A stretch of 64,000 nt of DNA from Sphaerodactylus townsendi (GCF_021028975.2 NC_059433.1:48856001-48920000), one strand, 5' to 3'; positions 1-13,600 are shown, counted from the stretch's first letter. Notes: a model not told the origin generated them from the sequence alone. Made by a program: numbers and translations.

Positions 1-323
1 GAGTTATACACCTTCAGAGGGATACACCTTCAAAGGTGTATCCCCATCTTCTATTAGCTCCACTGGAAACAATGAGGGCACCTCCTTTGGGAGTCCATGA
101 CTTTGGACCCCCTGAACCAAACCTCACCAAACCTAGGTGGTATCAGGAGAGTCTCCCAAAAAAATCCCTGAAATTTTGGTGCTGCTAGCCTAAAAACTGT
201 GCCCCCTGCAGGCCCAAAACTGAAAAAACACTAAAAAAATAAAAAACCCAAAAACAGTGGGTGGAGCTTTGGACATGTAATGAGGGGGGTTGAACCTGGG
301 AAACCCCCCTTACTTACATCCTG
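1..323. mobile_element. Partial non-autonomous DNA transposon (hAT-like terminus) carrying the shared fold-back module
   Basis: The module ccatgactttggaccccctgaaccaaacctcaccaaacc...gaaattttggtgctgctagc recurs at ~45272-45470 and, inverted, at ~17040-17230. This copy ends in cttacttacatcctg (reverse complement CAGGATGTAAG). Confidence 0.6.
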
Positions 324-445
324 CTTCTGCTGCTCCTGAGCAGGAGAGGAGATGCTAGAGAAAAAGAGCTTCATCAGGCTTTTGTCCCTTCTCTCGGTTA
401 AAAAAAAGTTTAATCAACATCTTTTTCTTACCATTTGTCCATTAA

Positions 446-900
446 TGTACTGAGTGTGATAAGAAAATGGTAGAAACAGATGATCACTCACTATGCCTAT
501 TATGTTTGGGACTGCACAGAAGTCGCAATAATGAAAAGAGGGTTGCATTTACCTGCAACCATTTTTCATTGAGTGGTGTTCTGCGCAGGCACACATCCCT
601 TCCTCCTTTCCCCTACTGTGGGACACTGCCCATGAATCTTTCACTATAGTTTCCATAGAAGTGAGGGAAGAACTGAGGAAAAGAGTGCTCCCCCTCTCCC
701 CATCATGTACCAGGAAGGACAGGCCTGAGCAGCGGGGTGGGAGAGTACTCCTAGTACTATTGGAAGTGCTAGAAGGAAAAAGTTTTTTTTAAAACTCACC
801 ATCTCTGTGGCAGGCCTTCACACATGCACAGTCCCATGTGTGCCTGCACAGAACACCACTTAATGAACAACAGTTTCGGATAAGTGCAACCACATTTTCT
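446..900 (+). mobile_element. DIRS-like (tyrosine-recombinase retrotransposon) deletion derivative
   Basis: 446-517 encodes CTECDKKMVETDDHSLCLLCLGLH, the CxxC..DxH..CLxCLG Zn-finger of reptile DIRS gag N-termini. A 56-bp imperfect inverted repeat (541-596 vs 836-891) resembles a DIRS ICR/terminal repeat. Confidence 0.7.
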
Positions 901-1060
901 CTCCTACGGGACCAAAGCCATATAATTCTCCTCTCCCCCATTTTATCCTCACAATCCTGTGAAGTAGGTTAGGATGACTGTGTGTGACTGGCCCAAGCTT
1001 CCACATCCAAACTTGAATCTCCCAGTTTCTAATCAAACACTAACTACCACACCTTACTCA
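900..1060 (-). mobile_element. Old MIR-like/L2-dependent SINE fragment
   Basis: cccattttatcctcacaatcctgtgaagtaggttagg...gtgactggcccaag...actaactaccacacc is the typical reverse-strand CORE/tRNA SINE pattern. Confidence 0.55.
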
Positions 1061-1999
1061 TTCTTGATGGAGTAGTAATCAGTATATTGATCTACAATGT
1101 GGACACCATGATTGAACTCTCCAATTCACAACAAATAAATTATCTTTGGACAAGACTGTGAGGATGAACTGGAAATGGGATGTCCATGAAAGGCCACCAT
1201 GAATTCCTTGTAGAAGAATCAGGATAAAAATCTGATAAATCTGATAAAAGGGGAAAATGGTTGTGATTTCAAAGAAATCCAGGTTTCCAATCCAGGTTGG
1301 ATGATATTTTCAGGCATTTCACTGTTCCTAGAGGGGTATGCCCTGACATATGTCAGATGAGTACAAAAAAGTAAAGAAAATTATGATGAAAACATTGTAA
1401 TGTCTTTGTTTTCTATCCACTCGGGATGATAGTCTCAGAGCTATCTCGTTTGGATACCATAGCATCTAGAAAGCTATTTATTCAGTGATCATGAAATGTC
1501 TGAAGAGTTCTGTATCCCAATAACTGGAGGAACCTCTTTGGAAGGAAACATCAGCAACATTATTTCATGTTCAAAATTTGTTTTATTTGGATGATCTGAA
1601 AGCTTTGATGTTAGTTTCATATATTATGCTCCCTCCCATCTGAACTAGAAAGCCATGTGCCACTGTGATGAATAGTGCTCTTGCACTTGTTGATATGCTC
1701 ATTTGTTAACAAATGGGGCTTTTCTTCCTTTTCTCATTAGTCTGGAAATAAATGCATATTCCTAATGCATACTGTACTTACACTGACAATAATCTACAAC
1801 ATTTCATTTTTGCCTGAGAATCAACTGGGTGGGAGAGGAGGGAACTCTGCCACTTCCACAAACAAGTTCAACTGTGCATTCAGGGATTTGGATCCTGCTG
1901 TAACATCACACAACTTTAATGCTTAGTATTTAGAAGGGTCTGTTGTGTGTGTGTATCATGTGTTATGTTATGTACATGTCATGGGTTATGTATCAATGT

Positions 2000-2215
2000 T
2001 TACTAGTCACAATGGCTACTAACAGTGAGGATATTTACTCTATATGTGGCAGTATGCCTTTTTATATCAGTTGCTGGAGAGCATGGGCGGGCAGATGTTG
2101 TTGCCGTCATCCTGATTGTGAGCTAATTCCTAAAAGCAGTTGGTTAACCACAGTGTGAACTGAATGCTGGGCATAATGGGCCTGATCCAGAAAGGTTCTC
2201 CATATATTCTTATGT
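2000..2215 (+). mobile_element. Decayed CR1 3' end
   Basis: cagttgctggagagc...cagttggttaaccacagtgtgaac...gggcctgatccag...ttcttatgt follows CR1 3' UTR architecture with an octamer-like tail. Confidence 0.5.
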
Positions 2216-2786
2216 GTTTCCCATCTACTGAGTAGTCTTTGTAATAAAAAGATAGTCCAGTGGATGAAGATATTCAATTTTATTTATGTTATTCCCCAGA
2301 AGAAGAAGCTAGCTTTGAACTAAAGCCACTTAAAAAGGCCAGACAGAACATAGCAAAGATTATGGATCTTCATTCATCTGTAAACTATCTCCTTTGGTCC
2401 TTACAACCTAATGGAAAACAAATCGCATAAGCTTGGAATTTGAAAGGACCTATATAATTTTGTGCAAATTCTCTTGCTTATATTAGGTTGGCTCTTTTTT
2501 AAACAAACAAAAAACATAATACCCATTCACAACAAGAATTTCTATTTCTTAATGGTTGAGCAGATTTTTTTTTTAAAAAAATCAACAGATTCCTAGCAAA
2601 CAATCAATTTCCCTCATACTTCAATATATCATGAGGATTATTCATTATTTTAAAATAATAAATAACATAATATCCTGAATCAAAATGATTGTGCGTTTGA
2701 GATGTTTTGTCCTGTTACTCATTTTGGAAAACCAATTATTTGGACCATCAGCAAGTATGTGTGTTCCTACAGAGTTTAAACTATGT

Positions 2787-2788
<2 letters not shown>

Positions 2789-2817
<29 letters not shown>
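2789..2817. repeat. (CT)n microsatellite
   Basis: Directly visible. Confidence 0.95.
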
Positions 2818-2819
<2 letters not shown>

Positions 2820-3166
2820 AATTATGTAGTCAAGTTTCCCACATTTTGGGGAAATTGCAGGGGTCAGCACACCTGAAGTGCAATGGATGAGCCTCACCTT
2901 GGGAAAACCACCTTCATGATTATGGGGACTCCCTTGCCATGTATAACTGTTATTCTCAAATAACATAACATTAGAAATATAAAATATTCCCAAAAGTTGA
3001 AAGTTAACAACAAAGTTGTGAAATAACTTATTTTTTTGTTTGTGTGATAATCTGAAAAGGGTGAATTGGTAATAAAATGTGAAGAATACACATGTTAGGG
3101 AAAGAACAAATTTTATAAAATGAGAGTCTCTATTTGTGTAAACTTGATTTATCCTTGACCATGACC

Positions 3167-3353
3167 TAGGGTTTCCAGCTCTAGATTGGGAAATACTTGG
3201 AGATTTTGGAGGTGGAACCGGGTTTTGGAAGGAGAGGGACCTCATCAGGGTATAATATCATTCAGTTCACTCCCCAAAGTTTACTTTGGTTGTCTAGAGA
3301 TCAGTTATAATAGTGAGAAATCTGTAAGTATTAGCTGAAAGTTGGCACACCTA
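3167..3353. mobile_element. hAT-superfamily MITE (TAGGGTTGCCA-type TIR)
   Basis: Termini tagggtttccag / gttggcacaccta with a perfect 8-bp TSD CCATGACC (3159-3166, 3354-3361). Related partial copies lie at ~14550-14706 and ~35070-35320. Confidence 0.85.
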
Positions 3354-5039
3354 CCATGACCCACTCTATTGTTTGTTTTCATTGGAGTGGATACAGCTAT
3401 CTTTTACACTCAGTCTTGTTCAAATCCACTCCTTACTATAGTTTGTCTATGACTTTTGTTCATGCAGGTCCCATGACCTCCAGCATATTGCTCTGTGTGA
3501 GATCAGAGGATCCTCCCTCTCTTTTTCATCATGAGGAAACCTGGTTGGAACCACCCCAGTGTAACTTACATATAATATAAAATGGCAATATTATGAAACT
3601 TTTATTAAACATAGAGGATTATTAATTGAAATAATCTTGCAAATTTTATGTGCTGAATGCAACATTTTTCTATCACTGTTTCTAAAATGAGGTGAATTGT
3701 ATGGTGATTACATTAATATTTATCTTTAACTGGAATATGTTTGATTTATTTAGCAAAATTACAAAATTGATGAGATTCAATAGGCCTTCAAGAGCTTCTT
3801 GATGATGGAGGTGCTACTTGAAATCTTTGAAGTTACTCTGGAAATATTTGCCCAGATCCGGAGCCTGGTCAAAGGGTTCTTGGGGCTGCCCCAGTCATTT
3901 CAGTACATGGAACCTATTTATACATGCAAAGTATATACCTATTTTATTTTTAGATTATATGTCTATCTCATTTTTATATCATAGAATTTTGTCTACTATA
4001 AAAATGAAATAAATAATTCAGCTTTAATTGTTCATTAATTGATGATGCAATCTTTCTGGAATGCATGCAAACATTTGATATGCTCAACCTAGCGCTACCT
4101 CAGAGGAAGACTTTTTAGTCTCTGCACCTTGTTTGTTGGCTTTCCAGGACAACAGGTTGGCTGCTGTGTGAAAATGGAGGCTGGAATAGATGGAAAATTG
4201 GTCTAATCTAGTAGGGCTCTTCTTATGCATTGTCACACACATACTAACTAACTGCAAAGAGGAAGAAGCCCCTTCCTGCCTAGGCCCTGCTTGGAAGCAG
4301 ATCTGCTTCGGGAAAGCTTCTGCCTGAGTTGTGTGTGTGTTTGTGGTGCTCACTCTTGAGTCACCTTCAGTGTCATGGGCTAACAAGGATGTAGCAGCCA
4401 GCCAGCCAGGTGTGCCTGAAGTCTCTATCTGCTATGGTGGAACTCCCCTCTGCCCACTGCCTAGGGCAGTTGCCCCTTTTTGCCCTTGCCCCCCGATCCA
4501 GGCTTGAGATTTTTTTCTTTTGAACAGATGACTCTCTTGTAGTCTTTTAAGATGGAAAATGTAACTTTGTGATGTGCAAGAACAAACTTCGGTGAGCCAG
4601 GGGCATTTAAGGCATTTACCTCTTTTTATAAAAAGCTGTTAACAAGTAATGCCCTTCCAGCTCTGAATTTTATAAAAATCTGCTTAATACCAAAAACTGA
4701 TCAGTCCAAAGTCCTCTTTCCTTCAGGGAATAATGTTGCACATCTCTGTTCCTTTAGCACCTGAAGCAGACTCAAAGGACTGCCCTGGGTAGTTAGGCCC
4801 TGATATTTTGAATGTGTTGCTGTATGTTGCCTGATATTTAAAGTTTAGATCATGGTCTTTGTATTAGGAAAAGGACTGTTGATAGGGTTAGCACTGCAGT
4901 CTAGGTTTTAAAAACATTTCTGCTTCCTATGCATTAATTTAATTATTTGTAGAGACGTGGAAACAAAAGTCAAGCTGCTTTTATGCTACTGTGATTGTTT
5001 TATGTTTCTGCTTTATAAATCTCATTCGTAACTGTAGAC

Positions 5040-5197
5040 TAGGATGGTTTTTATTGCTGGGTTTATTTTATTAACCTGCTTTATTATCATTATGTTTTAA
5101 TTTGCATTTCCACTGTTTTCTTGTATATATATTGTAACCTGCCTTGAGCAAATCTCTGGAAAGACAGCTTACAAATGTACTAAACAAGCAAACAAAT
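5040..5197 (+). mobile_element. L2-type 3' end remnant
   Basis: A T-rich UTR is followed by ttgtaacctgccttgagc...gaaagacagcttacaaat and an (AAAC)-like tail. Confidence 0.5.
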
Positions 5198-5969
5198 CAG
5201 TTAGGTAGGTGGTAAATCTTTTAGAGGTCACTGGGTCAGGAACTTTTGGCCACAAGAGCACTCACCTTTGCTTTTCCAGTGTTGGAATACATTTTATGCC
5301 TTGCAACTGCCACAATCCAATCAGAGTAGCAGCATGCACATAATTAAGACTTGTCTGCCCCTTATGTTGATGTCAACAACTTTATTTGGCTCCTGCTGTG
5401 ACCATGTGGTTTCTTTGTCTGTGTGAGAGTGTAAATAGCAAGAGCTTAAATAGTTCTATCCTCTAGGCAAATCAGTGTTTGTTTTGAATTTTCTAAAACC
5501 TTTGGCTAGCTGTCTTTTAGTTAAAAGTAGCCACCTATGTTAAGAGTTGTAATACATGAGTAGTAAAAAAATAACCTGGTTTGGACTATGGCTAGATGTT
5601 ATCCCTATGTTTGCTATCCCTATGTTAGGGATACTAAAGGATAGAGCAAAATGTAAGTGCATTAATACTTAAAATTCCCTGGTAATACATTGCTGTCATT
5701 GATATCTCCCCCGTCCTCCCACCCTATATATATATTAGCATAATTTGGCTAATATGGTGTGGAGATTACTTTGAACTAGATAACTTAATATTATGTCAGC
5801 TCAATGACAAGTCAAGTGCAAACATATTAGACATGTTTAAAGCTGGAGTCTAAACAAGTGTTTGTGTTGAATATGGGATATTTTCAGCACACAGCATTTT
5901 AAAAACACATCCTCTTTTTTAAAAAAAAAACATTTACTTGATTTAATAGCTGGCAATGCCTTAGCTTTG

Positions 5970-6144
5970 AAAGCCAACATGGTGTGGTGGTTAAGAGCAG
6001 CAGACTCTAATCTGGAAAACTGGGTTCTGTTCCCACTCCTCCACATGAAGCCAGCTTGGTGACCTTGGGTTTGTCACAGTTCTGTCAGGACTCACTCAGC
6101 CCACATACAGGCAGGCAATGGCAAACCACCTCTGAACATCTCTT
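5970..6144 (+). mobile_element. tRNA-derived SINE with RTE-like 3' segment
   Basis: A-box-like ggtgtggtggttaagagc, then gggttctgttccc and ggtgaccttggg, ending gcaggcaatggcaaaccacctctgaac. Confidence 0.7.
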
Positions 6145-7259
6145 CAGGCATGTACATTTGGCTGAGAAATATTGGTATTTTTCAGGTTCTTCACTCCAAA
6201 AATGGAGCAATTGAAAGGGAAACAAAAGTGGATCCTAAATCATGCTGATTTTTTTGGCATGATTTTGGGCTGCTTCAGCTTGTCACCATTATTTTTTGAA
6301 AAAAGAATTGCCTCTCCTGAGGGTGTAGAGCTGTGAGACTAGCTTGGCCCAGATGAGCCATGCTTGTAGCTCTATGCAGAATTCCAGTGCTGTGGCCTTC
6401 AAGTTCCATGTGGGAGTTGGAGGCTGGGGCAGTCACAGAGCTGTAAGTCCAGATGAGCTGGGATGAGCTGGGATGAGCCCAGTTTGCAGTTCTGTGCAGA
6501 GTTCCACCACCATAGCCTTTGGGTTCCATGTGGGACTTGGAGGCTGGGGCAGACACAGAGCTTCCCTTCCACATCATCTGGGTTCTATATGGGACAGAGG
6601 CAGACAACCCCATTGCAGGAGTTTAGGGAAGTGAGAGGAACAGGACATGCATTACCACACCAACCTGTGGTGGGACAGGAGGACCTGCTTTTAGGAAGCA
6701 GAGCTCTACCAGTCTCCCAATACAGGCTAAGATGGATGCCATCTCCAGAGCTCTGTACTGAGTTGCCTGTAGGAAAAGGATGTCTTAACATTGCTAAAGG
6801 GCTAAATTTTCCAAAAACTGGGCCACTCACACTGTAGTCTTTTCCCAGTATGTCTGGACCACCTTTTGGTCTAGTTGCATTGTGTGCCAGCTGCAGTACC
6901 CCTTTTCTTGGAATCCAGCATAGACTTCTCATAGACTACTTCTCTTCAAGACAGGTAGCTATCTCCCCTTTCCACAATGACCTACTCTATTCCAGACCTA
7001 CTTTATTCCCCTCACCTCTTTCCAAATCCTAGAACTCTAAAAATTCTCTGTGTGCATGTTTTACCATTGAGCATGTGTAAGTTTATTATTTTATTTCCCA
7101 GTAAAAATTATTACACTTTATTTTCTGACTCCTGTAGATTTCTGATGGAGAATAGCTTCCATAAACTTTGTGGTTACCTCCTTTTCCAAAGCAAAGTCTG
7201 TCCCTGCTAATTAGCCATCCTAAAAGTGACAGACCATACAATTTTGGGTAGCAGATAGG

Positions 7260-8034
7260 CAGAGGTGTAGCTGGCGAAAATGCGGCCTGGGGCAGATTCC
7301 AAGTTTTCCTCTCTCCCATGGGCCCCTGTGCCATGCCCTGTGCCATGCTCCACTTACCTCCTGGGCTCAGGACACTGCCTTCCCTCCTCCTGGGCCCGGC
7401 AACAGTCCAGCCAGACTCCTGGGCCAGGAGAAAGCCCCTCCCTGGCCCAGGGACCAGCTGGGGAGTTGCTGGGGGTGGGGCTGCAGCCTAGCCTGACTCC
7501 CAAGCCAGGGAAAGCCCCTTCCTGCCTTCCTCTCCAGCCGAAGGACTGGCTGGGGAGCTGCTGGGGGAGGGGCTACAGCCCAGCTAGACTCATGGGACAG
7601 GGGATAGCTCATCCCTCCCTCCCTCCCTCAGTGATTTTTTTTTAACTGAGGTCTCACTCAGCTTTTTAAAAAGTGCTGAGGCTGGAGGCTGGAGCTCCCC
7701 TCCCTCTCAGAGAGGGAGGGATGTTCCAGCTGCCATCCTGCAGCCTCAGCGCTGTTCTTTTTTAAAGTCAAGGTCTCTCTTGGTTTAAAAAAAGCACCGA
7801 AGCTGGAGGCTGGAGTGCCCCTCCCTCTCAGAGAGGGAGGGGAGCTCCAGCCTCAGCTCAGAGTGGGAAGCGGCTCAGCCGTGGCTGGAGCACTTCAGCC
7901 ACGGCTGCACTATTTTCTACTCCCAGGCTCAGTGGCGTAGTCACGTGGGGGAACCATTTTGTGCCCCCATGTGACTAATTGGCATGTGCTCAAGGCACAT
8001 ATCCCCACATGTTCCCATGGCAGCTACGCCACTG
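7260..8034. mobile_element. Non-autonomous hAT transposon, 775 bp
   Basis: TIRs cagaggtgtagctg / cagctacgccactg with a perfect 8-bp TSD CAGATAGG (7252-7259, 8035-8042). It contains a duplicated palindrome ccctccctctcagagagggaggg (~7697, ~7819) and a third TIR-like cagtggcgtag at ~7930. Confidence 0.9.
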
Positions 8035-9094
8035 CAGATAGGTCACATCACATAACCTTTATTAGACATAAAAACAAGGACAAATATAAAATAAATAGAT
8101 ATTAAAACAAGATCAAGTTCTCTTATGTTGTTCTTGAGTACATATAGCAATCACTTGCAGAAGAAACTTTGTGGTCTTTTCCAATACCTCTGTTTTCCCC
8201 CTGTTTAGAAGTAGGGCAATTCCAATTTTGGGATGGAATCCTGGATTTTTTAATATAGGGGCTTGGAAATATCCAGGATTTCTCCCCCCCCCCCCCAAAA
8301 AAAAAATTCAGTGCCATTAGATCTGAATTTTAGCATTTTTTGGCACAGGTGTACATCTCCTTCTTTGAAAACCCTGCAAAGTTGCTGTAAGTCAATTGTG
8401 ATTTGACAGCAGTTTCTACCACCAATGTCTTTTCTTTAGCCTCTTTAAAAATAGAGAGCTCACCCAAACTATTATGTACCAAACAAAACCCCAGCGTTTC
8501 CCACCATTGTTTGATGAGCATAAAATGGTTGTTTTCTCCTTGTTTTACCCAGCTGCTTTGCAATATCTATTCCTCAGTCTAGCATATAGTTATCATCCTG
8601 CTGTGGAAAAAAGGCAGCGTGCTGAACTGAGGACTCCATGTACAAAATAGGTGCTGTGGGCAAGATGATTCCTATATTTACTTCTCTGTTTCTAACTCTC
8701 AGAGCAGTGAACGTGGTATCCAGCACTAGACTGTGAACACCATATACAAGCATTGCAAACATTAGCTTTTAGCAGTAGAAAATCTCGTGCTTTTTTCTAT
8801 TCTGTATTTATTCTTTATTTGTGTGCAGGATCAGATGGTCAATGACACCTTAAAGAAGGACACTTCATTCCAGCATGAGATTTATTTGGATGCTTTTACC
8901 CAGTGGCATAATGCCAACAGGGCAGGGTGCGTGTGATGCCCTGGGCAGAGCCACAGCAGGGGCATGGCTGGGCCATAGATGGGGCGTGGTGTTCTGGGGC
9001 AGGGGAGGGTGCCCCGGGCACAGATCCCCCTCGCCCTGCCCCTGCTTTTGTCCCACTTTTCTACACTTTGTGTGAAAACAAAGCATCTTATAAT

Positions 9095-9173
9095 AAGCAT
9101 CCCCATCCTTGGAGATGAAGCGGTTTATAAATCGAATAAACAAACAAACAAACAAACAAACAAATAAATAAAT
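9095..9173 (+). mobile_element. L2/SINE 3' tail with (AAAC)n(AAAT)n
   Basis: gatgaagcggtttataaat followed by tetranucleotide repeats. Confidence 0.5.
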
Positions 9174-10082
9174 AATATGAGAAAGTAACAGGCCATAAAT
9201 ATGACAAATCTACCTGGCAGCAAAAAAATGTTCCAGATGGGAGGGAAAGGGAGCAGACCAGATAGTAAAGTCTCTGCCCCAGATGGCAGCAGTCTCTCCC
9301 TAGGCACTTCCTTCCTTCTAGAAGACAGCTTCTCTTTAAGCTTCTAGGGTTGGAGGAACAAAGCAGGTGGAAAAGCTCTGTCCCTGATGGCAGAAGTTTC
9401 TACCCAGATTTAATGACTCAGAGCTTACTTCGTATGATGTATGGAGCTTACATCAACACAAAATGTATTTCAGCATCTAGTTACAATGAACACCGAGGAG
9501 GGAATGAAGCAAGGCCAGTTAAGGACAAAAACCAAAGAAAATTCAGTCCATTTAGAATGAATGAATTCTGGTCAAGCAGAATCAAATCCAAAAAGCCTTT
9601 TCTCTCCTCTTTTTACTGATATGTGAAATGAAGAATGTAAAGTTTTGCTTTTCTGAGACGCTTTATATGTAACTCCTTTCATTGCACCTCTTTGTAGTAT
9701 TCTGAAATGATTTATGTTATGTGGCCTCCTTGCCTTCCTTAGCATTTCCTAATTAATTTCCCTGACACCAAATGGTCTTGTCTTAGCTTTCTTAGTTGAA
9801 CCAAAAGAACATGATGACTTAGTTGTATTTGGTAGAATGCAAGAGCAGTGAGACTGGGGTGGCTCTGAGATAAAAGAATCTTTTGCTCTCAACAAAATAG
9901 TTGTTTTCATTTAAACATAAACACAGTTTATTTAGAAGTAAAACAGCACAACTGTTTCTGTATGGTTCATGAGCATAATGGTTTCAGAAAGATAATAACT
10001 GTAATGGTTTCAGACAGGTCCCATTGTTCTTTCTATAAAGTTTCTTTAGACCTAGCCACAAACTTTCCACTTCAGCTAATTG

Positions 10083-10640
10083 CGTGTGTGTGTGTTAAGT
10101 GCTGTCAAATTGCTTCTGATTAATGGCGAGCATATGAAATAAAGACCACCACAATGACCTCCAATCATTAACAACCTTGCTCAAATCTTGCAAATAGAAG
10201 ACCATGGCTTCCATTATTGAATCACCTCATGTTGAGTCATCTTCTTCTCTTGCTGCCTTCAACTTTTTCTAGCATTATTATCTTTTCTAGTGAGTCATTT
10301 TAGTTTCTAGGGAGACACTGAGCTTCATTTGATCTTGGACCAACTTATTTTTGGAGGTTCATGATATCCATAAAACTTTCCTCCAACACCACATTTCAAG
10401 GGAATCTACTTTCTTTCTGTTAGCTTTCTTCACTGTCTAACACCCATGCATGTAATGGGGAAAACCAAAGTATGCCTTTTGATCTTGGTTGCCAGTGACA
10501 CATCCTTACACTTAAGGAGCTTCTTAGTTCCTTCATGACTGCCCTTTTGAAAATTTCCTTCTGTTTTCTTGGTTGCGGTCCCTCTTTCATTTGATGATAG
10601 AGCCAAGAAATAAAAAACGTGAACAACAGCGACTGGTGGA
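10083..10640 (-). mobile_element. RTE/BovB-like LINE, decayed 3' part
   Basis: Minus-strand peptides RAVMKEL / LLKCKDVSLATKIK..LVFPI resemble the RTE RT C-terminus. The 3' end carries gtgtgtgttaagtgctgtcaa. Confidence 0.75.
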
Positions 10641-13600
10641 AGGGTTGGGGGCAGGGACATGGGAGGGACACAACACTGGCTGTGTTTCTCTGATTTCACT
10701 TCCAGGATTTCCATGGAAGTGATATGGGATAACCCTTGAAATCTGACAAAATCTAGACCTCCTGCCATTCTATCGCTAGTTTAAAATTGTCTCAAAATGT
10801 TCCAAAGATCTGGCCTCACATTGCAGTCTTGTGTCATTTGAAAATGCATTCTTAGGCTATTTCTGCAGGGCCAGCTGAGTGGGAGTGCATCAGCATAGAT
10901 CATGCCGATGCACCCAATAGAGCCATTCATATGAATGGCCCCACTGGCTCTACAGTCAGTGGTGCAGCCTTCGCACAGGCTGTGTCGCTTCCAAACACCT
11001 CCTACCTCCTGCCGTCTTCCATCACTCTGTGGAGACCAAAGGACACACCCCTGTGGCCAGAGCGATGCCTCTGGGGTTGGAGGCCAGGAGGTGTGTTCCC
11101 TGGACTCCACAGAGTGACGGAAGGTAGGAGGCATCTGGGAGCAGCACGGAAAATATGATGGCTTCCACTTGGTGTCACTCGCTTGGCACCAAATGGAAGC
11201 CAGCATTTTCCAAAAACACTGTTTTTTGGGGGGAGAGGGCGATGCTGCATTGATTTGGCAGCAGTGCCTGTGCGAAGGCTCCCCCCTCAAATGTTGTTTT
11301 ACCGGGCTGAAATCAGTGATGTCAGCCAACAGAGAAAGAGCCTTATTTACACAAAAGGCTGCATCTATCCTACTTGAAAATATGACCCAAGCAATATCTG
11401 CAAATAAACCTTAAAATAATTTTTCAGATTATACTTTTCTGCACTTTCTTTTAAATCATGCCCACTAAGATTAGTACATCTTAATTCATTGTCTTTTTCT
11501 CCAACCCATCAGAAAGGCTTTTAAATGTGTTTTATGAGAGCTGAGAGACTAAGGTTTGTTTTGTAAACAATGTTTTATAAAAGGGATTTCCTAGAAAGGA
11601 ATTTTATGCATGCCAGTCCCTTGCCCACATTCACTGAATATGTGGAAGTTAGACAATGGAATTAGGACCACTATTTCTGCTTCTGACTTATTCATTTCAA
11701 CATGTGACTAGAACCTATGTGCAAATTGTACATGCAGTATTTTTCTTCATGTGTTCAAGAAATGGCATGATCCTCAATTATGCATACAGATCCTACACAT
11801 GTACAGATTGTACATGTAGTATGCTCTGCTCAGACCTTGGCCTGGTTACATGCTAGTCAGAAGTAGGGTCAGCAGGTGTAATTCTGCTTTGTATGCATTC
11901 AATATATTGTTATTTGACAAAAATATTGTCTATACCAGAAGTATGCAACCTTTTTGCCCCAGGTACTCAAAAAACTCCACATTTCTGGTGCATTGGTGCA
12001 CCAGAAAACAAAAAGGAGTGGTGATGGAGAGATAATATTGTGTTAGGGATAAGCACAGCTCTAGTGGCTTTGCCATTACTTGTGGGTCAGACATGATGGT
12101 TCATCAGTTGTACCCAAGGCCTTATCCTGTGTCTCCAGTTCTAGCAAAGCTTTAAGTGCCCCAGAGACTTGTCTTGGTTGAGCAGCGAACTGGCTGTGCA
12201 TTTTATATTGTGTGGCCAAACAGATACAGGTACACTTGTGGCTCTTGAAGCAGGGAGCTGATATCTTGGATTCTGTAAGCACCATGCATATTGACAGCAC
12301 CATCATATTATCTTATTTTTACTGATAAGTGATGTACTCATCATCTCTGTGTGATTTCTTGCATCGAAATTCCATCTGTGAACACTTCATCACATATGAA
12401 GCAGCTCTATGACCTTTTTAATATATCTATCTATGGGAACAATCTCCTGTTTTGATGAGCACAGATAAGTTATGATTCATTTAATATGTGAAACTTTTTG
12501 CGTCGGTGGAAGGTACAAGAACTGCCATAAGTGATATATACTTACATCTATATTTTTGTGACCCTAAAAAATGGAATTTTATTTTTCTTGTACAATGAGC
12601 CCACTGCAGTTGCATAAAATGACATGATGTAATAGGGACGTTGTGGATCATAGCAGAGTATACTTAAAAACAAAACACAGAAGCCTATTTTGGTTTACAG
12701 GTTCATTGCTTTCATTTTATGTCACCCCCTCCTTCTTAATTTTAAGTGTTGTTACAGTATATTTTTAATTGCTACACTTACTTCAAATTACAATTATTGA
12801 CACCCATAGCTTAGAAAAATATAGGAATAGCTGCATCCCTGAAAGGATTTGTGCAAAAGATAGTCAAACAAAGCTATTTTATTGTTTTAAAAAGAGAGCC
12901 TAATTCCTACATGTCACTGCTGACTGCTGTAGCATCCTGCAATTAAAGGCTGTGTTACATTTGGAAGATGGTAGTGAATATAACAATATGCTGGCAAAAG
13001 ACACTTTATGGTGCCTTAAGTACAAGGTAAAAGCACATGAATCAATAAAGTTTTTAAAAAGAATAGAATTGAGATGTTATTACTGAGACAGTCTGTGTTC
13101 CAATCATTTGTTCTTGCTATACACATGGATTTTGTTACAGGAATCAAATATTTGAGAAACTAAAAAAATGACGGGAAAAGTACATATTCCCTTCATCGTG
13201 GTTGCATTCCCCTCCACCACCTTAGGCTTTTTCATTAATGTTTTAAAATCTGTCACTTCCATCATCCTGCAAATATAATAAGAGTTTAGACTTGAGCATG
13301 TTTTTTGGGCAATATCCTGTAAAGCCCAGGATCTGGTTGATACATGATGCGGGATGTGCTGTCTGTTCATGGTGAATGTCATGCTTGCACCAAATTGCTA
13401 GTATCAACATGTATATCCACATAGCACAGTGTACTCCTGAGCCACAGATTGTTACCTCAATGCCCTTATTTTGGTGCTGAGGAGACTTTGTAACCCTGCC
13501 CTTGACTTGGATTGAAGAAATGCAAATAATCGAACCTAGTGCAATCACACTGGCAGTCAATTAGGGATGGTCAAGCAACCAATTTCAGCTCATGTTCTGC

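Noticed and set aside
12076-12306. Minus-strand 76-aa ORF ending at a GTAAT donor-like site
   Set aside because: There is no convincing acceptor and the peptide is not recognisable.
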